Positions 1-10,091 of a stretch of 64,000 bases of DNA are shown in pieces; positions within the stretch are counted from its first letter, which is position 1, and each line of letters opens with the position of its first letter. The notes beneath the pieces were generated by a model. That model did not search any database and had not been told where the DNA came from. It worked only from the letters and a program-made list of their open reading frames with translations. Position numbers and translations under genes: made by a program. This DNA is from Thermodesulfobacteriota bacterium (lineage in GTDB: Bacteria > Desulfobacterota_D > UBA1144 > Nemesobacterales > UBA2774): the NCBI GenBank assembly GCA_965223335.1, contig OZ244991.1, forward strand, positions 2,016,001 to 2,080,000, written 5' to 3'.

Positions 1-1746
1 GGGATTTTGGTAAAGAGAATGGGGGATGCGGTGGACGGTGATTATCAAAAGTACATCGTGGAAACCGGGGATTACATACGCAGCCATTTTTTTGGAACTG
101 ACCCGAGGCTAACTGAATTGGTTCGGGAACTCAGCGACGAGCAATTAGAAAAACTTCGGCGCGGCGGCCACGATATGGAAAAGGTGTATAATTCATATAA
201 AGCAGCTATAGAGAACGTAGGCTCGCCGACTGTAATATTGGCAAAAACGATAAAGGGCTACGGACTCGGGGAAGCAGGCGAAGGCAGAAATATAACGCAT
301 CAGCAAAAGAAGCTAAACGAAGAGGAGCTAAGGCAATTTAGGACCCGTTTTAGGATCCCGATCTCTGACGAGGACGTATCTAGAGCACCTTTCTTCAAAC
401 CACCTAAAGATAGCCCTGAGATGAAGTATCTATTGGAGAGGCGAAAAGAGCTGGGTGGGTTTATTCCGCAGCGCAAGGTCGAGTGCGAGCCGCTAAAATC
501 GCCGCCTGAGAGTCTTTACGAGGAGTTCTATAAGGGATCAGGGAAAAGAGAGGTCGCAACCACAATGGCGTTTGTGAGGATGCTGTCCAAGCTTCTAAAG
601 GATAAGGACCTCGGCAAGTACATTGTGCCTATTATCCCCGATGAAGCCAGGACATTCGGGATGGAGTCACTTTTCAGACAGGTCGGTATTTACTCGCATG
701 TCGGGCAGACCTATGAGCCTGTGGACGCAGAGACCCTCCTCTACTATAAAGAGGCTAAAGACGGACAGATACTCGAAGAGGGTATTACAGAGGCCGGGTC
801 GATGTCGTCATTTATTGCAGCCGGCACAGCATACGCTACGCATGGGATAAACACTATCCCGTTTTTCGTCTACTACTCGATGTTCGGGTTTCAGCGTATC
901 GGGGATTTGATCTGGGCTGCAGGCGATATGCGTTGTAAAGGGTTTATGATAGGAGGCACTTCGGGGCGCACCACACTCGCGGGTGAGGGCCTGCAGCATC
1001 AAGACGGCCACAGCCACCTGCTTGCTTACCCAGTGCCGAACCTAAAAGCCTATGACCCTGCTTTTGCATACGAGATTGCAGTGATAATACAAGACGGTAT
1101 AAAGCGAATGTACGAGAACCAGGAGGACCTGTTTTACTACATAACGGTCATGAACGAACCTTACCACCAACCCGCAATGCCTAAAGGTGCCAAAGAGGGT
1201 ATTTTGAGGGGCATGTATAAGTTTAGGAGCACGAAGTTAAAAGACACTGAGCTCCATGCTCAGCTCTTTGGAAGCGGTACGATACTAAACGAGGTGCTAA
1301 GAGCCCAGGAAGTGCTGGCCGAGAAATACAATGTGGCTTCTGATGTGTGGAGTGTGACTAGTTATAAGGAGCTTTATAAAAACGGGCTTGATGTAGAGCG
1401 CTGGAACATGCTTCATCCCTCGGAGATAAAGCGAGTGCCCTATATATCACAGTGCGTTAAAGATGCCCCCGGGGTGTTTGTGGCTGCGTCTGATTATGTG
1501 ATGGCGCTGCCCGACTCGATATCGCAATGGCTGCCGAAGCCGTTAGTGTCGTTGGGCACCGACGGTTACGGGAGAAGCGGTAGTAGAAAAGCACTTAGGG
1601 ATTTCTTTGAGGTCGATTACCGCTATATAACACTGGCGGTGCTGGGCTCGCTGACATGGGAGAAGAAGATTAGTACGGATGTTGTGGAGCAGGCAATACA
1701 GGACTTGGATATTAACCCGGGGAAAGTTAACCCGATGATCTCTTAA
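1..1746 (+). CDS. aceE: Pyruvate dehydrogenase E1, homodimeric AceE type (5' end outside the window)
   Basis: Motifs RGGHD, LAKTIKGYG, PDEARTFGME, GEGLQHQDG; frame is open from base 1; followed by E2 and E3. Confidence 0.97.
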   Translation, partial: GILVKRMGDAVDGDYQKYIVETGDYIRSHFFGTDPRLTELVRELSDEQLEKLRRGGHDMEKVYNSYKAAIENVGSPTVILAKTIKGYGLGEAGEGRNITHQQKKLNEEELRQFRTRFRIPISDEDVSRAPFFKPPKDSPEMKYLLERRKELGGFIPQRKVECEPLKSPPESLYEEFYKGSGKREVATTMAFVRMLSKLLKDKDLGKYIVPIIPDEARTFGMESLFRQVGIYSHVGQTYEPVDAETLLYYKEAKDGQILEEGITEAGSMSSFIAAGTAYATHGINTIPFFVYYSMFGFQRIGDLIWAAGDMRCKGFMIGGTSGRTTLAGEGLQHQDGHSHLLAYPVPNLKAYDPAFAYEIAVIIQDGIKRMYENQEDLFYYITVMNEPYHQPAMPKGAKEGILRGMYKFRSTKLKDTELHAQLFGSGTILNEVLRAQEVLAEKYNVASDVWSVTSYKELYKNGLDVERWNMLHPSEIKRVPYISQCVKDAPGVFVAASDYVMALPDSISQWLPKPLVSLGTDGYGRSGSRKALRDFFEVDYRYITLAVLGSLTWEKKISTDVVEQAIQDLDINPGKVNPMIS

Positions 1747-1761
1747 AGGTGGGGGAGTATC

Positions 1762-3099
1762 ATGACGATAGAATTTAGATTGCCGGAGCTTGGGGAGGAC
1801 ATTGATTCAGGGGATGTAATCAATGTGTATGTGACCGCAGGAGATGCAGTGGTGGCGGATCAGGCTTTAATGGAACTAGAGACTGATAAGGCCGCTATAG
1901 AGATACCGTCGCCTGCGGATGGCAAGGTGAGTACAGTACACGTTAAGGAAGGGGATAAGGTTATGGTGGGCGAGTTGCTCGTCACCATAGATGAAAACGG
2001 AGTTGCAAAAGGAGAATTAAAAATGGACGCTGAGATTAAAGCTGATAGTTCGTCTAAGAAAAAAGACGAAACAAAAACCAGTCCCCCTGCCGATGATAAC
2101 AAAACAGCTCCAACGGAGCCCGATACGGCTTCAACTTCGGACACAGGCATAACCGCTAGCGAGGATGATGCGGGTAATGCCGGTACCAACGATATACCCG
2201 CGGCTGCCTCGCCTACCTTAAGGCGGCTTGCACGCGAGCTTGGGGTGGATATAAACACCGTCAAAGGCACGGGCCCGGGTGGGAGGATCACAGAACAGGA
2301 CCTGAGGGGTCAGACTGAGGATGCTTCCCCACAACCATCCGTCAAAAATACAATAAATGTCAAACCTGAGATTGAGGGGTTGCCTGATTTTACTAAATAT
2401 GGCGAGGTCGTGAAGATCCCTATGACAAAAGTGAGGCGTGTGATAGCAGAGCGGCTAACTAAGGCATGGGAGGCCCCGCATGTAACACAGCACGACAAAG
2501 CGGATATAACGGAGTTAGAAAAGGTTCGGAAACTGTATGGCCAGAACGTTGCTCAAGCAGGCGGCAAACTTACATTAACCTCTATCATGTTAAAAATCGC
2601 GGCATCAGCTCTTAAACTGTTCCCACAGTTTAACGCCAGCATCGATATGGAAAAAGAAGAGGTTATTTACAAAAAGTACTACAATATTGGAATTGCTGTA
2701 GAAACGGAGAGAGGACTTTTTGTCCCTGTTATTAAAGATGTGGATAAAAAAAATATCTTTGAACTTTCTCTGCAGGTTCCGGTGCTGTCGGAGAGAGCCA
2801 GAAACCAAACGGTTTCGCTTGATGAACTTAAGGGCAGCACTTTTACGATAAGTAATCTTGGCGGGTTAGGTGGCACCTATTTTACCCCTGTTTTAAACCC
2901 CCCGGAGGTTGCCATATTGGGTATGTCGAAGTCCGCTATCGAGCCGGTATATATTGATGGGGAGTTCGAACCGCGGCTGATGCTGCCGCTCTCGCTCTCG
3001 TATGACCACAGGCTTATAGACGGGGCGGATGCGGTCAGGTTTTTGAGATGGATTGTAGAGGCGGTGGAAGAGCCGTTTAAGCTGGCTCTGGAAGGATAA
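1762..3099 (+). CDS. aceF: Dihydrolipoamide acetyltransferase E2 with one lipoyl domain
   Basis: Lipoyl ETDKA, E3-binding GTGPGGRI, catalytic DHRLIDG; SD GGGGGAG upstream. Confidence 0.95.
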   Translation: MTIEFRLPELGEDIDSGDVINVYVTAGDAVVADQALMELETDKAAIEIPSPADGKVSTVHVKEGDKVMVGELLVTIDENGVAKGELKMDAEIKADSSSKKKDETKTSPPADDNKTAPTEPDTASTSDTGITASEDDAGNAGTNDIPAAASPTLRRLARELGVDINTVKGTGPGGRITEQDLRGQTEDASPQPSVKNTINVKPEIEGLPDFTKYGEVVKIPMTKVRRVIAERLTKAWEAPHVTQHDKADITELEKVRKLYGQNVAQAGGKLTLTSIMLKIAASALKLFPQFNASIDMEKEEVIYKKYYNIGIAVETERGLFVPVIKDVDKKNIFELSLQVPVLSERARNQTVSLDELKGSTFTISNLGGLGGTYFTPVLNPPEVAILGMSKSAIEPVYIDGEFEPRLMLPLSLSYDHRLIDGADAVRFLRWIVEAVEEPFKLALEG

Positions 3100-3139
3100 C
3101 TCGCATTAATAGTTGTGAAATTATGTTGGGGAATTGCTG

Positions 3140-4567
3140 ATGAGTGCTGAGAAATCTAGTACCAAAGTGGTGGTAATAGGTGCGGGCCCCGGGGGCTACC
3201 CGGCCGCATTCTATGCAGCGGACCTAGGGCTCAGTGTAACGCTCATTGACCCCGAACCTGACCCCGGAGGGGTCTGTTTATACCGGGGATGTATCCCCTC
3301 TAAAGCCCTCTTACATGTGGCAAAACTCATAAACGAAGCGAGCCATGCATCTGATTGGGGTGTAAAGTTCTCAAAGCCTAAGATCGACCTTGATAAGCTA
3401 AGAACCTGGAAAAACGGGGTGGTAACCAAACTGGTGGGAGGGCTTGGACAGCTTTCCAAACAACGCAACATCACCTATATACGGGGTATGGCGCAGTTCG
3501 AGTCGCCTACCACTGTAAAGATCACTAAAGAGGGGGGCGGAGTTGAAACTCTGGACTTCAAATACGCCGTCATTGCTACCGGATCGCGCCCCGCAACCAT
3601 ACCGGGGCTTGTAACCGACATCCCCGAGGTCTTGGATTCAACATCGGCGCTCGACCTGCCTGATATCCCAAAGAGCATGCTCGTGATCGGGGGAGGATAC
3701 ATCGGCCTCGAACTGGGCACCGTATACGCAGCGCTCGGGTCTAAGGTCGAGATTGTTGAGATGTTGCCGGGTCTAATGCAGGGGGCCGACCGAGACCTTG
3801 TGCGTGTGCTCGAAAAAAGTCTGTCGGACAAATTCGAGGCCATAAGATTAAATACCAAAGTAGTGGGGATGGAAAAATACAAGCAGGGGATTAAGGTGTC
3901 GTTTGAGAATAAGGACGGGGAGCAAAGCGAAGAGGTGTATGAGAAGGTCTTAGTGTCGGTCGGGAGAGTGCCCAATTCGGAAAACCTGGGTCTTGATAAA
4001 ATCGGGGTCAAGACTAACGAGGGGGGTTTTATCCAGACAGACACACAAAAGCGTACAGACGTGTCCAACATATTTGCTATAGGGGATGTTGCAGGGGAGC
4101 CGATGCTGGCGCATAAGGCTACACATGAGGGAAAGGTAGTGGCTGAGGTCCTGGCAGGTAACAAATCCGCATTTGAACCGAGCGCAATTCCTGCAGTTGT
4201 ATTTACCGATCCCGAAATAGCGTGGTGCGGACTTACAGAGACCGAGGCGAAAGAGCGGGGTATAAAAGTGAAGGTAGCACGATTCCCTTGGGGTGCATCG
4301 GGGAGAGCTACTACACTTGATAGGAACGACGGTGTTACAAAACTTGTAGTTGACCCAGAGACCGACAGGGTGCTTGGAATGGGTATAGTTGGGGTAGGAG
4401 CCGGGGAGCTTATTGCCGAGGGTGTGCTTGCAGTTGAGATGGCAGCACTTGCCTCAGATATTGAACTCACAATCCATGCTCATCCTACATTGTCAGAGAC
4501 CGTAATGGAGAGTGCCGAGGTTTACTACGGGCACAGTACTCACCTCTATAGGGCTAAAAAACGCTAG
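3140..4567 (+). CDS. lpdA: Dihydrolipoyl dehydrogenase E3
   Basis: GAGPGG, GGVCLYRGCIPSK redox disulfide, HAHPTLSE. Confidence 0.97.
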   Translation: MSAEKSSTKVVVIGAGPGGYPAAFYAADLGLSVTLIDPEPDPGGVCLYRGCIPSKALLHVAKLINEASHASDWGVKFSKPKIDLDKLRTWKNGVVTKLVGGLGQLSKQRNITYIRGMAQFESPTTVKITKEGGGVETLDFKYAVIATGSRPATIPGLVTDIPEVLDSTSALDLPDIPKSMLVIGGGYIGLELGTVYAALGSKVEIVEMLPGLMQGADRDLVRVLEKSLSDKFEAIRLNTKVVGMEKYKQGIKVSFENKDGEQSEEVYEKVLVSVGRVPNSENLGLDKIGVKTNEGGFIQTDTQKRTDVSNIFAIGDVAGEPMLAHKATHEGKVVAEVLAGNKSAFEPSAIPAVVFTDPEIAWCGLTETEAKERGIKVKVARFPWGASGRATTLDRNDGVTKLVVDPETDRVLGMGIVGVGAGELIAEGVLAVEMAALASDIELTIHAHPTLSETVMESAEVYYGHSTHLYRAKKR

Positions 4568-4647
4568 CCATAAACAATTGACTAGACCCGCCGTTTATAG
4601 ATAATTGTTCTCAGTAAGACTAGATTTCAGCACTACATTAGGAACCT

Positions 4648-6141
4648 ATGTCAGATAAAAGTACTGATTCGATTAATGATCAAAGCGAATTTATATGTAG
4701 CTTGGGATTAAAAGCAAAAAAGCCCCAAGTTGACCCTGCTCGCAGATTTATAACGAATATAATCTGCCAAAACGGGATCGGTGAAAACGATGCAGGGCGA
4801 GTTGGCGAGATGCTTGGGGAAATCCTACTTAACATTACCAATACTGCCGGTCTCTCTGGTGGGGAGGTCGCTATTGATATAGAGTTGTCAAAGCGCTTGC
4901 ACTCGCTTGTGGTAGAGGTTGAGGACAAAGGGCTACCGCTCGATTACGAGGATCTGTCGGAGGGTAAAGACCAGAGATTTAGCACCTATCTGGCCAAGGG
5001 GTATGTAGACGAGATTCATTTTGAATGCCTGGGACCGGAGGGCAACCGGGTTGAGATCGTAAAGTACCTGCCCTCGGTAGATGTACGCCGGGAGATGGAG
5101 ATCTCGGAGCACCAAGAGCACCTAGATGCGGCCCCGGCACCCAAAGACGAAGAGATAACCATCGGTTTGCTTAAAGCTGAAGAAACAGTGGAGCTCGTGC
5201 GCCTGTTATTTAAGTGCTATGGATACAGTTACCCGAACGAGTTCATGTACTACCCGGACCAAATCAGGGCAAGGATTGAAGCGGGCACGATGACCTCGTG
5301 TGGGGCCTATAACCCCGCAGGGGAGTTGGTTGGACACCTGGCGTTGATTGTAGAAAAACCCGGGGACAAGGATGCTGAGTCGGGAGAGGCACTGGTGGAT
5401 AATAGGTATCGCGGGCACGGGATATTCAAACGTATGAAGCGGTATCTAAAAGATTTTGCATCTGGAAACGGAATTGTGGGAATCTATGGTGAGGCTGTGA
5501 CTGTGCACCCTTATAGCCAGAAGGGAAGCCTTGACCTGGGTGCAAAGGAGATCGGATTTTTGCTGGGCTATAGCCCGGGGTCGGTCTCGTTTCGAAGTAT
5601 CTCGGATTCTGAAAAAGAGCGTCGGCAGTCGGTGGCCTTGATGTATACACCCGTGCTCCCGAGCGATAAAAAGCCCATTTATCTAAAAGAGAACTATACG
5701 CGTAAGATAAATAGCATTATTGAGGGGCTTGGGTTCGAGAGGGAATTGATCGGGGAGTTGGAGCTCAGTGGTAAGGGGCAGGGGAGAATGGAGCTTAGCC
5801 TAAGACATGACCATAATCAGGCCTTCATTAAAGTGCTTGAGTACGGGGAAAACACATTGGGGGAGGCGGGTGTGCATTTGAAACACCTTTGTGTGGAGAG
5901 GGTCGATTGCATCTATGCCGATTTGCCTGTGAACGTGCCGGGGTCGGATTACTATGTGTCTGGGTTTAGGGAGATGGGCTTTTTCTTTGGGGCTTTCATC
6001 CCTGACTACAGGGACGGGGATATTCTTAGACTACAGTACCTAAACAACGTAGAGATCTTGAGGGATGATATAAAGGTAGCATCTGATTTCGGCGAGTCGC
6101 TTTTGGATCTTATATTTAGCGACTACGTGAACGTATCTTAA
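4648..6141 (+). CDS. Fusion of an RsbW-like HATPase domain and a GNAT acetyltransferase
   Basis: N-terminal E-x3-N and DxG (EDKGLP) boxes; central acetyl-CoA motif VDNRYRGHGI. Confidence 0.75.
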   Translation: MSDKSTDSINDQSEFICSLGLKAKKPQVDPARRFITNIICQNGIGENDAGRVGEMLGEILLNITNTAGLSGGEVAIDIELSKRLHSLVVEVEDKGLPLDYEDLSEGKDQRFSTYLAKGYVDEIHFECLGPEGNRVEIVKYLPSVDVRREMEISEHQEHLDAAPAPKDEEITIGLLKAEETVELVRLLFKCYGYSYPNEFMYYPDQIRARIEAGTMTSCGAYNPAGELVGHLALIVEKPGDKDAESGEALVDNRYRGHGIFKRMKRYLKDFASGNGIVGIYGEAVTVHPYSQKGSLDLGAKEIGFLLGYSPGSVSFRSISDSEKERRQSVALMYTPVLPSDKKPIYLKENYTRKINSIIEGLGFERELIGELELSGKGQGRMELSLRHDHNQAFIKVLEYGENTLGEAGVHLKHLCVERVDCIYADLPVNVPGSDYYVSGFREMGFFFGAFIPDYRDGDILRLQYLNNVEILRDDIKVASDFGESLLDLIFSDYVNVS

Positions 6142-6228
6142 ATAGCGGCCAAGATTAATTTGGTTTTACTTTGCATTGCTATTCAATTCCCCCGGTTTGA
6201 TACGCAAAAAAATAAGTCTCAGGAGAGC

Positions 6229-6258
6229 TTGACAATATAAGAGTTATAACAATAAAAT
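6229..6258 (+). promoter_or_regulatory. Sigma70-like promoter for the 6283 ORF
   Basis: TTGACA-18-TAAAAT. Confidence 0.55.
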
Positions 6259-6282
6259 AGAATTTAGTACCTTTAAGGGTGG

Positions 6283-6627
6283 ATGCAAATGGAGCTCTTG
6301 ATATCTATGAAAGCCGAGACGCTTAATAAGGGGATATATTTCGAAAAGAGTACTATCATGCAGATGCCTACAGCTCAATCGGACGGCTATTTTATAGCGG
6401 AGATTAGAGAGGCTGATGACAACAAAAGAGAGCTCTTGCGCCGTTATGTGGATATACTGAGAGAAAAATTGAGCAGTGAAGAGGATTATGGACTCGAGAT
6501 AACCTCTTTGGGCTTTAAACTCCTTAAAAGGGTGGATGAAGATATAGAGTATATGGATGCTTGGGAGAGATGGGTTAGGTTTACAAGGACCCTGTACAGG
6601 GAGCTTAATGATTTTGTCGAGGAGTAG
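6283..6627 (+). CDS. Hypothetical protein, 114 aa
   Basis: ORF fills the intergenic gap and has an upstream promoter; no motif recognised. Confidence 0.7.
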   Translation: MQMELLISMKAETLNKGIYFEKSTIMQMPTAQSDGYFIAEIREADDNKRELLRRYVDILREKLSSEEDYGLEITSLGFKLLKRVDEDIEYMDAWERWVRFTRTLYRELNDFVEE

Positions 6628-6786
6628 TATTAAATCAATGTTTAAGGGGTCTAAAACACCCGCCTCAATTTGCTTTTCACCTTAAGTTTGCTAATATCAT
6701 TCCTCTAATTGATCGATCTAAGGTTACTTAAAGACTTGGATGAAGCTGCGGGGTTTTAGTGCCCGAACATGGAGATCCTCGACTGA

Positions 6787-9630
6787 ATGTCTGATAAAAA
6801 AAGAAACTATAAAGACACGCTTAACCTGCCAAGTACCAATTTCCCGATGAAGGCAAACCTGAATCAGAGGGAACCTGAGATACAAAAAAAATGGGATAAA
6901 ACCGATCTGTATGAGGGATTTCGCAAGCTTGCCGAGGGTAGGGATAAGTTTGTGTTCCATGACGGCCCTCCGTATGCAAACGGCCCCATACATTTGGGGC
7001 ATTTGCTAAACAAAGTGCTAAAGGATATGGTGGTCCGTTCTAAAACAATGCTCGGGTATGATGTGGATTTTGTCCCGGGATGGGACTGCCACGGGCTACC
7101 TATCGAGCACAAGGTGCTTGTCGAATTGGGGGATGCCGCAAAGGAGCTCTCAAAACTCAAAATCAGATACAAGTGCCAGTCCTATGCCGAGAAATATGTA
7201 AAGCTGCAGTCCCGGCAGATGCAGAAGCTGGGCACTGTGGGGAATTACAAAAACCCATATCTTACAATGACACCGGACTATGAAGCCGGGGTGCTCGAGG
7301 TGTTTGCCGACCTTGTAGCAAAGGGGCTTGTTTACAGGGCTCTTAAACCCGTGCACTGGTCTATCGATAACCAGACTGCACTTGCAGAGGCAGAACTAGA
7401 GTACTACGATAGGAAAGATAGAAGTATATACGTGCTATTCCCTATAGTTAATACAGCAGAGCCCCCCGGTAGTCTTAATATTGGTGATCCGGATAGTGCC
7501 TGTCTCATGATATGGACCACTACACCCTGGACTCTGCCTGCTAACCTGGCAGCGGCAGTGGCACCGAGGGGGGTATATGCATCGTACAAGCTTAAGAAGG
7601 AGGGCAGAGAATACACAGTGGTCTTGGTCGAGGCTCTTGCTGAGAAGGTGTTTAACAAATCGGGTGTGGAGAATTATGAAAAAATGGGAAGCTGCAAAGG
7701 GACTGAGCTCGCAGAATCTGGTCTTTCGTATCAACACCCGTTTGTGGACCGCCAATGCAATGTTGTGACGGCTGAGTATGTGACCTTTGAGGACGGCACA
7801 GGGATTGTGCACACTGCACCCGGGCATGGAGTAGAGGACTATCAGACGGGGCTTAAGGAGGGCTTGGAGATTTACTGCCCTGTGCTTGCCGACGGTACAT
7901 TTGACAGTACTGTGCCCGAGTGGCTGAGTGGTCTTGGGGTATGGGACGCAAACAATAAAATCACCGAACACCTAAGAGAGAACAACTATCTGTTTCATGA
8001 CGAAGAGTATCTGCACAGCTACCCACACGACTGGAGGAGCAAGACACCGACCATTTTTAGGGCGACGGAACAGTGGTTTGTGGGCGTCGACAGCAATATC
8101 AGGGGGCTTAGCAAAACACTACGGGAGCTTGCGCTTGAGAAAACGGATGCTGAAATTGATTATTATCCCGAGTGGGGTAAAAACAGGCTTAGGGGTATGC
8201 TCGAAGCACGGCCCGACTGGTGTATAAGCCGCCAGAGAGCGTGGGGGCTTCCCATACCGGCATTTATAACTGAACACGGCAAATCATTACTGACACCCAA
8301 AACAGTAAGAGTGGTTGCTGACAAGATCAGAGCTAAAGGCGCCAACATTTGGTTCCAGGCTGAGGTATCCGATCTATTGGAAGGCTACGATCCCAGCACA
8401 GATGAAGATGCTCCCGAGTGGGCTCAAGAGACAGGGGCGCTCGGTTCTTTGTCTAAGGGGATGGATATATTCGATGTGTGGTTCGAGTCGGGATCGTCGT
8501 GGCACTCTGTTTTGCAACAAAGGGACATAGGCTACCCTGCGGACCTCTACCTGGAGGGCTCGGATCAGCACAGGGGTTGGTTTCAGTTGTCGTTGCTCCC
8601 TGCACTTGGTGCTACCGGTAGTCCGCCTTTTAAAGCACTTCTCACACATGGATTTATGGTTGACGCAGAGGGCAAGAAGATGAGTAAATCTGGCGGTAAT
8701 GCGCTTGAGGTAGATGAGTTATTAAAAAAGCACGGAGCCGATGTGTGCAGGTGGTGGGTGAGTTCGCTCAAGTATACAAATGACGTTAAGGTCGACTGGG
8801 AGTTTTTTAAGGTCGCAAGTGATGAGTATCGTAAGGTTAGAAATACGATCAGGTTTCTGCTGGGCAATTTGCACGACTTTGATCCTATGCACGATATGGT
8901 GCAGTTCGAGCAAGAGGATAGATACACCTTAGACGGCTGGGCACTTGGAGAGTTGTCGAAATTTATAACACAGACCAAAGAGGCTTACGACGGGTTCCAG
9001 TATAAGAGGGCAAATGAATTAATTTTCCACTTTTGCTACGAGACTCTAAGTGCCGTCTATCTGGCTGCGGTTAAGGACAGGCTTTACTGTGAGAGCAAGG
9101 GTAACCGCAAGAGGAGACGTACACAGACCGTGATGTATTACACAGCAGATGCATTAATTAAATTGCTCGCTCCGATCTTGGTACATACTGCTGAGGAAGC
9201 CTTTGCAAGCTTACGGGATAAAGAGATTGAGGCTGAGCACAGCGTTCATGCGCAGAGCTTCCCCGATGATATAGGCGTAGAGATTGATCCGAATTGGGAG
9301 AGCGTGATGGAGCTTAGGAGTAAGGTGCTTAAGGCCCTTGAGGACCAAAAAGAATCTGGCGGGGTATCAAACCCTCTGGATGTGGGAGTAGAGGTGGGGC
9401 TTGAGCCGGAGAGTTACAGGGTGTTGTCGGCATTTACGGAGGAGATGGCCGATCTCTCGGGAGTGAGTAGGTTTAGCATCACGGAGGCTGACAGTTTTTC
9501 GATCAATGTAGTATCGTTGGAGTCGGAACCAAGGTGCGAGAGGTCTTGGAAACGTGACGGCACGGTCCGAGTCCGCTCTGATGGTGGTATGTTGTCTGAG
9601 AGAGATGCTGAGGCGCTTGGGCTAAAATAG
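6787..9630 (+). CDS. ileS: Isoleucyl-tRNA synthetase, type 1
   Basis: HDGPPYANG-HLGH, PGWDCHGLPIE, WTTTPWT, EGSDQHRGWF, KMSKS. Confidence 0.98.
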   Translation: MSDKKRNYKDTLNLPSTNFPMKANLNQREPEIQKKWDKTDLYEGFRKLAEGRDKFVFHDGPPYANGPIHLGHLLNKVLKDMVVRSKTMLGYDVDFVPGWDCHGLPIEHKVLVELGDAAKELSKLKIRYKCQSYAEKYVKLQSRQMQKLGTVGNYKNPYLTMTPDYEAGVLEVFADLVAKGLVYRALKPVHWSIDNQTALAEAELEYYDRKDRSIYVLFPIVNTAEPPGSLNIGDPDSACLMIWTTTPWTLPANLAAAVAPRGVYASYKLKKEGREYTVVLVEALAEKVFNKSGVENYEKMGSCKGTELAESGLSYQHPFVDRQCNVVTAEYVTFEDGTGIVHTAPGHGVEDYQTGLKEGLEIYCPVLADGTFDSTVPEWLSGLGVWDANNKITEHLRENNYLFHDEEYLHSYPHDWRSKTPTIFRATEQWFVGVDSNIRGLSKTLRELALEKTDAEIDYYPEWGKNRLRGMLEARPDWCISRQRAWGLPIPAFITEHGKSLLTPKTVRVVADKIRAKGANIWFQAEVSDLLEGYDPSTDEDAPEWAQETGALGSLSKGMDIFDVWFESGSSWHSVLQQRDIGYPADLYLEGSDQHRGWFQLSLLPALGATGSPPFKALLTHGFMVDAEGKKMSKSGGNALEVDELLKKHGADVCRWWVSSLKYTNDVKVDWEFFKVASDEYRKVRNTIRFLLGNLHDFDPMHDMVQFEQEDRYTLDGWALGELSKFITQTKEAYDGFQYKRANELIFHFCYETLSAVYLAAVKDRLYCESKGNRKRRRTQTVMYYTADALIKLLAPILVHTAEEAFASLRDKEIEAEHSVHAQSFPDDIGVEIDPNWESVMELRSKVLKALEDQKESGGVSNPLDVGVEVGLEPESYRVLSAFTEEMADLSGVSRFSITEADSFSINVVSLESEPRCERSWKRDGTVRVRSDGGMLSERDAEALGLK

Positions 9631-9677
9631 TTTTGCTTTTATCCAGCAACATTTCTAAATATAAGTAGAAAATAGAT

Positions 9678-10019
9678 TTAACCCGGGGGCCAGTCCATCT
9701 CTCTTCCGCCCAGTATGTGCATATGCAGGTGGAACACAAGTTGGTTGGCGTCTTTGTTGGTGTTTATGACTAGCCTGTAACCTGATTCTTCTATGCCTTG
9801 TTCCCTTGCAATCTCTCGGGCTTTGAGCATGAGGTGGCCCAAAAGCGTTTTGTCCTCTTCGGTGGCGTCAGCTATCCTTGGTATCTCTTTTTTGGGAACT
9901 ATAAGAATATGAACAGGGGCTTGGGGGTCGATGTCCTTAAAGGCAAGGCAGAGGTCGTCTTCATAAACAATCTCGGCCGGTATCTCTCTATTGATAATCT
10001 TTGTGAATATTGTGCTCAT
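9678..10019 (-). CDS. HIT family nucleotide-binding protein (HinT-like)
   Basis: IFTKII, PQAPVHILIVPK, HLHMHILGG; SD GGAGG. Confidence 0.95.
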   Translation of the reverse strand: MSTIFTKIINREIPAEIVYEDDLCLAFKDIDPQAPVHILIVPKKEIPRIADATEEDKTLLGHLMLKAREIAREQGIEESGYRLVINTNKDANQLVFHLHMHILGGREMDWPPG

Positions 10020-10091
10020 GACTAAGCCCTCCGAAGCAAGATTGCATTCATGTGGAATATAACATATCGACTCTTAGCTACAATTAACCGC

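Noticed and set aside
3475..4470. Long antisense ORFs, such as 3475-4470, 23093-24196, 17378-18157 and 11750-12505
   Set aside because: These are Ser/Pro/Thr-rich shadows of conserved genes on the opposite strand.
6628..6786. T-box leader for ileS
   Set aside because: No T-box consensus (GGTGGNACC) or terminator/antiterminator pair, and the leader is short.
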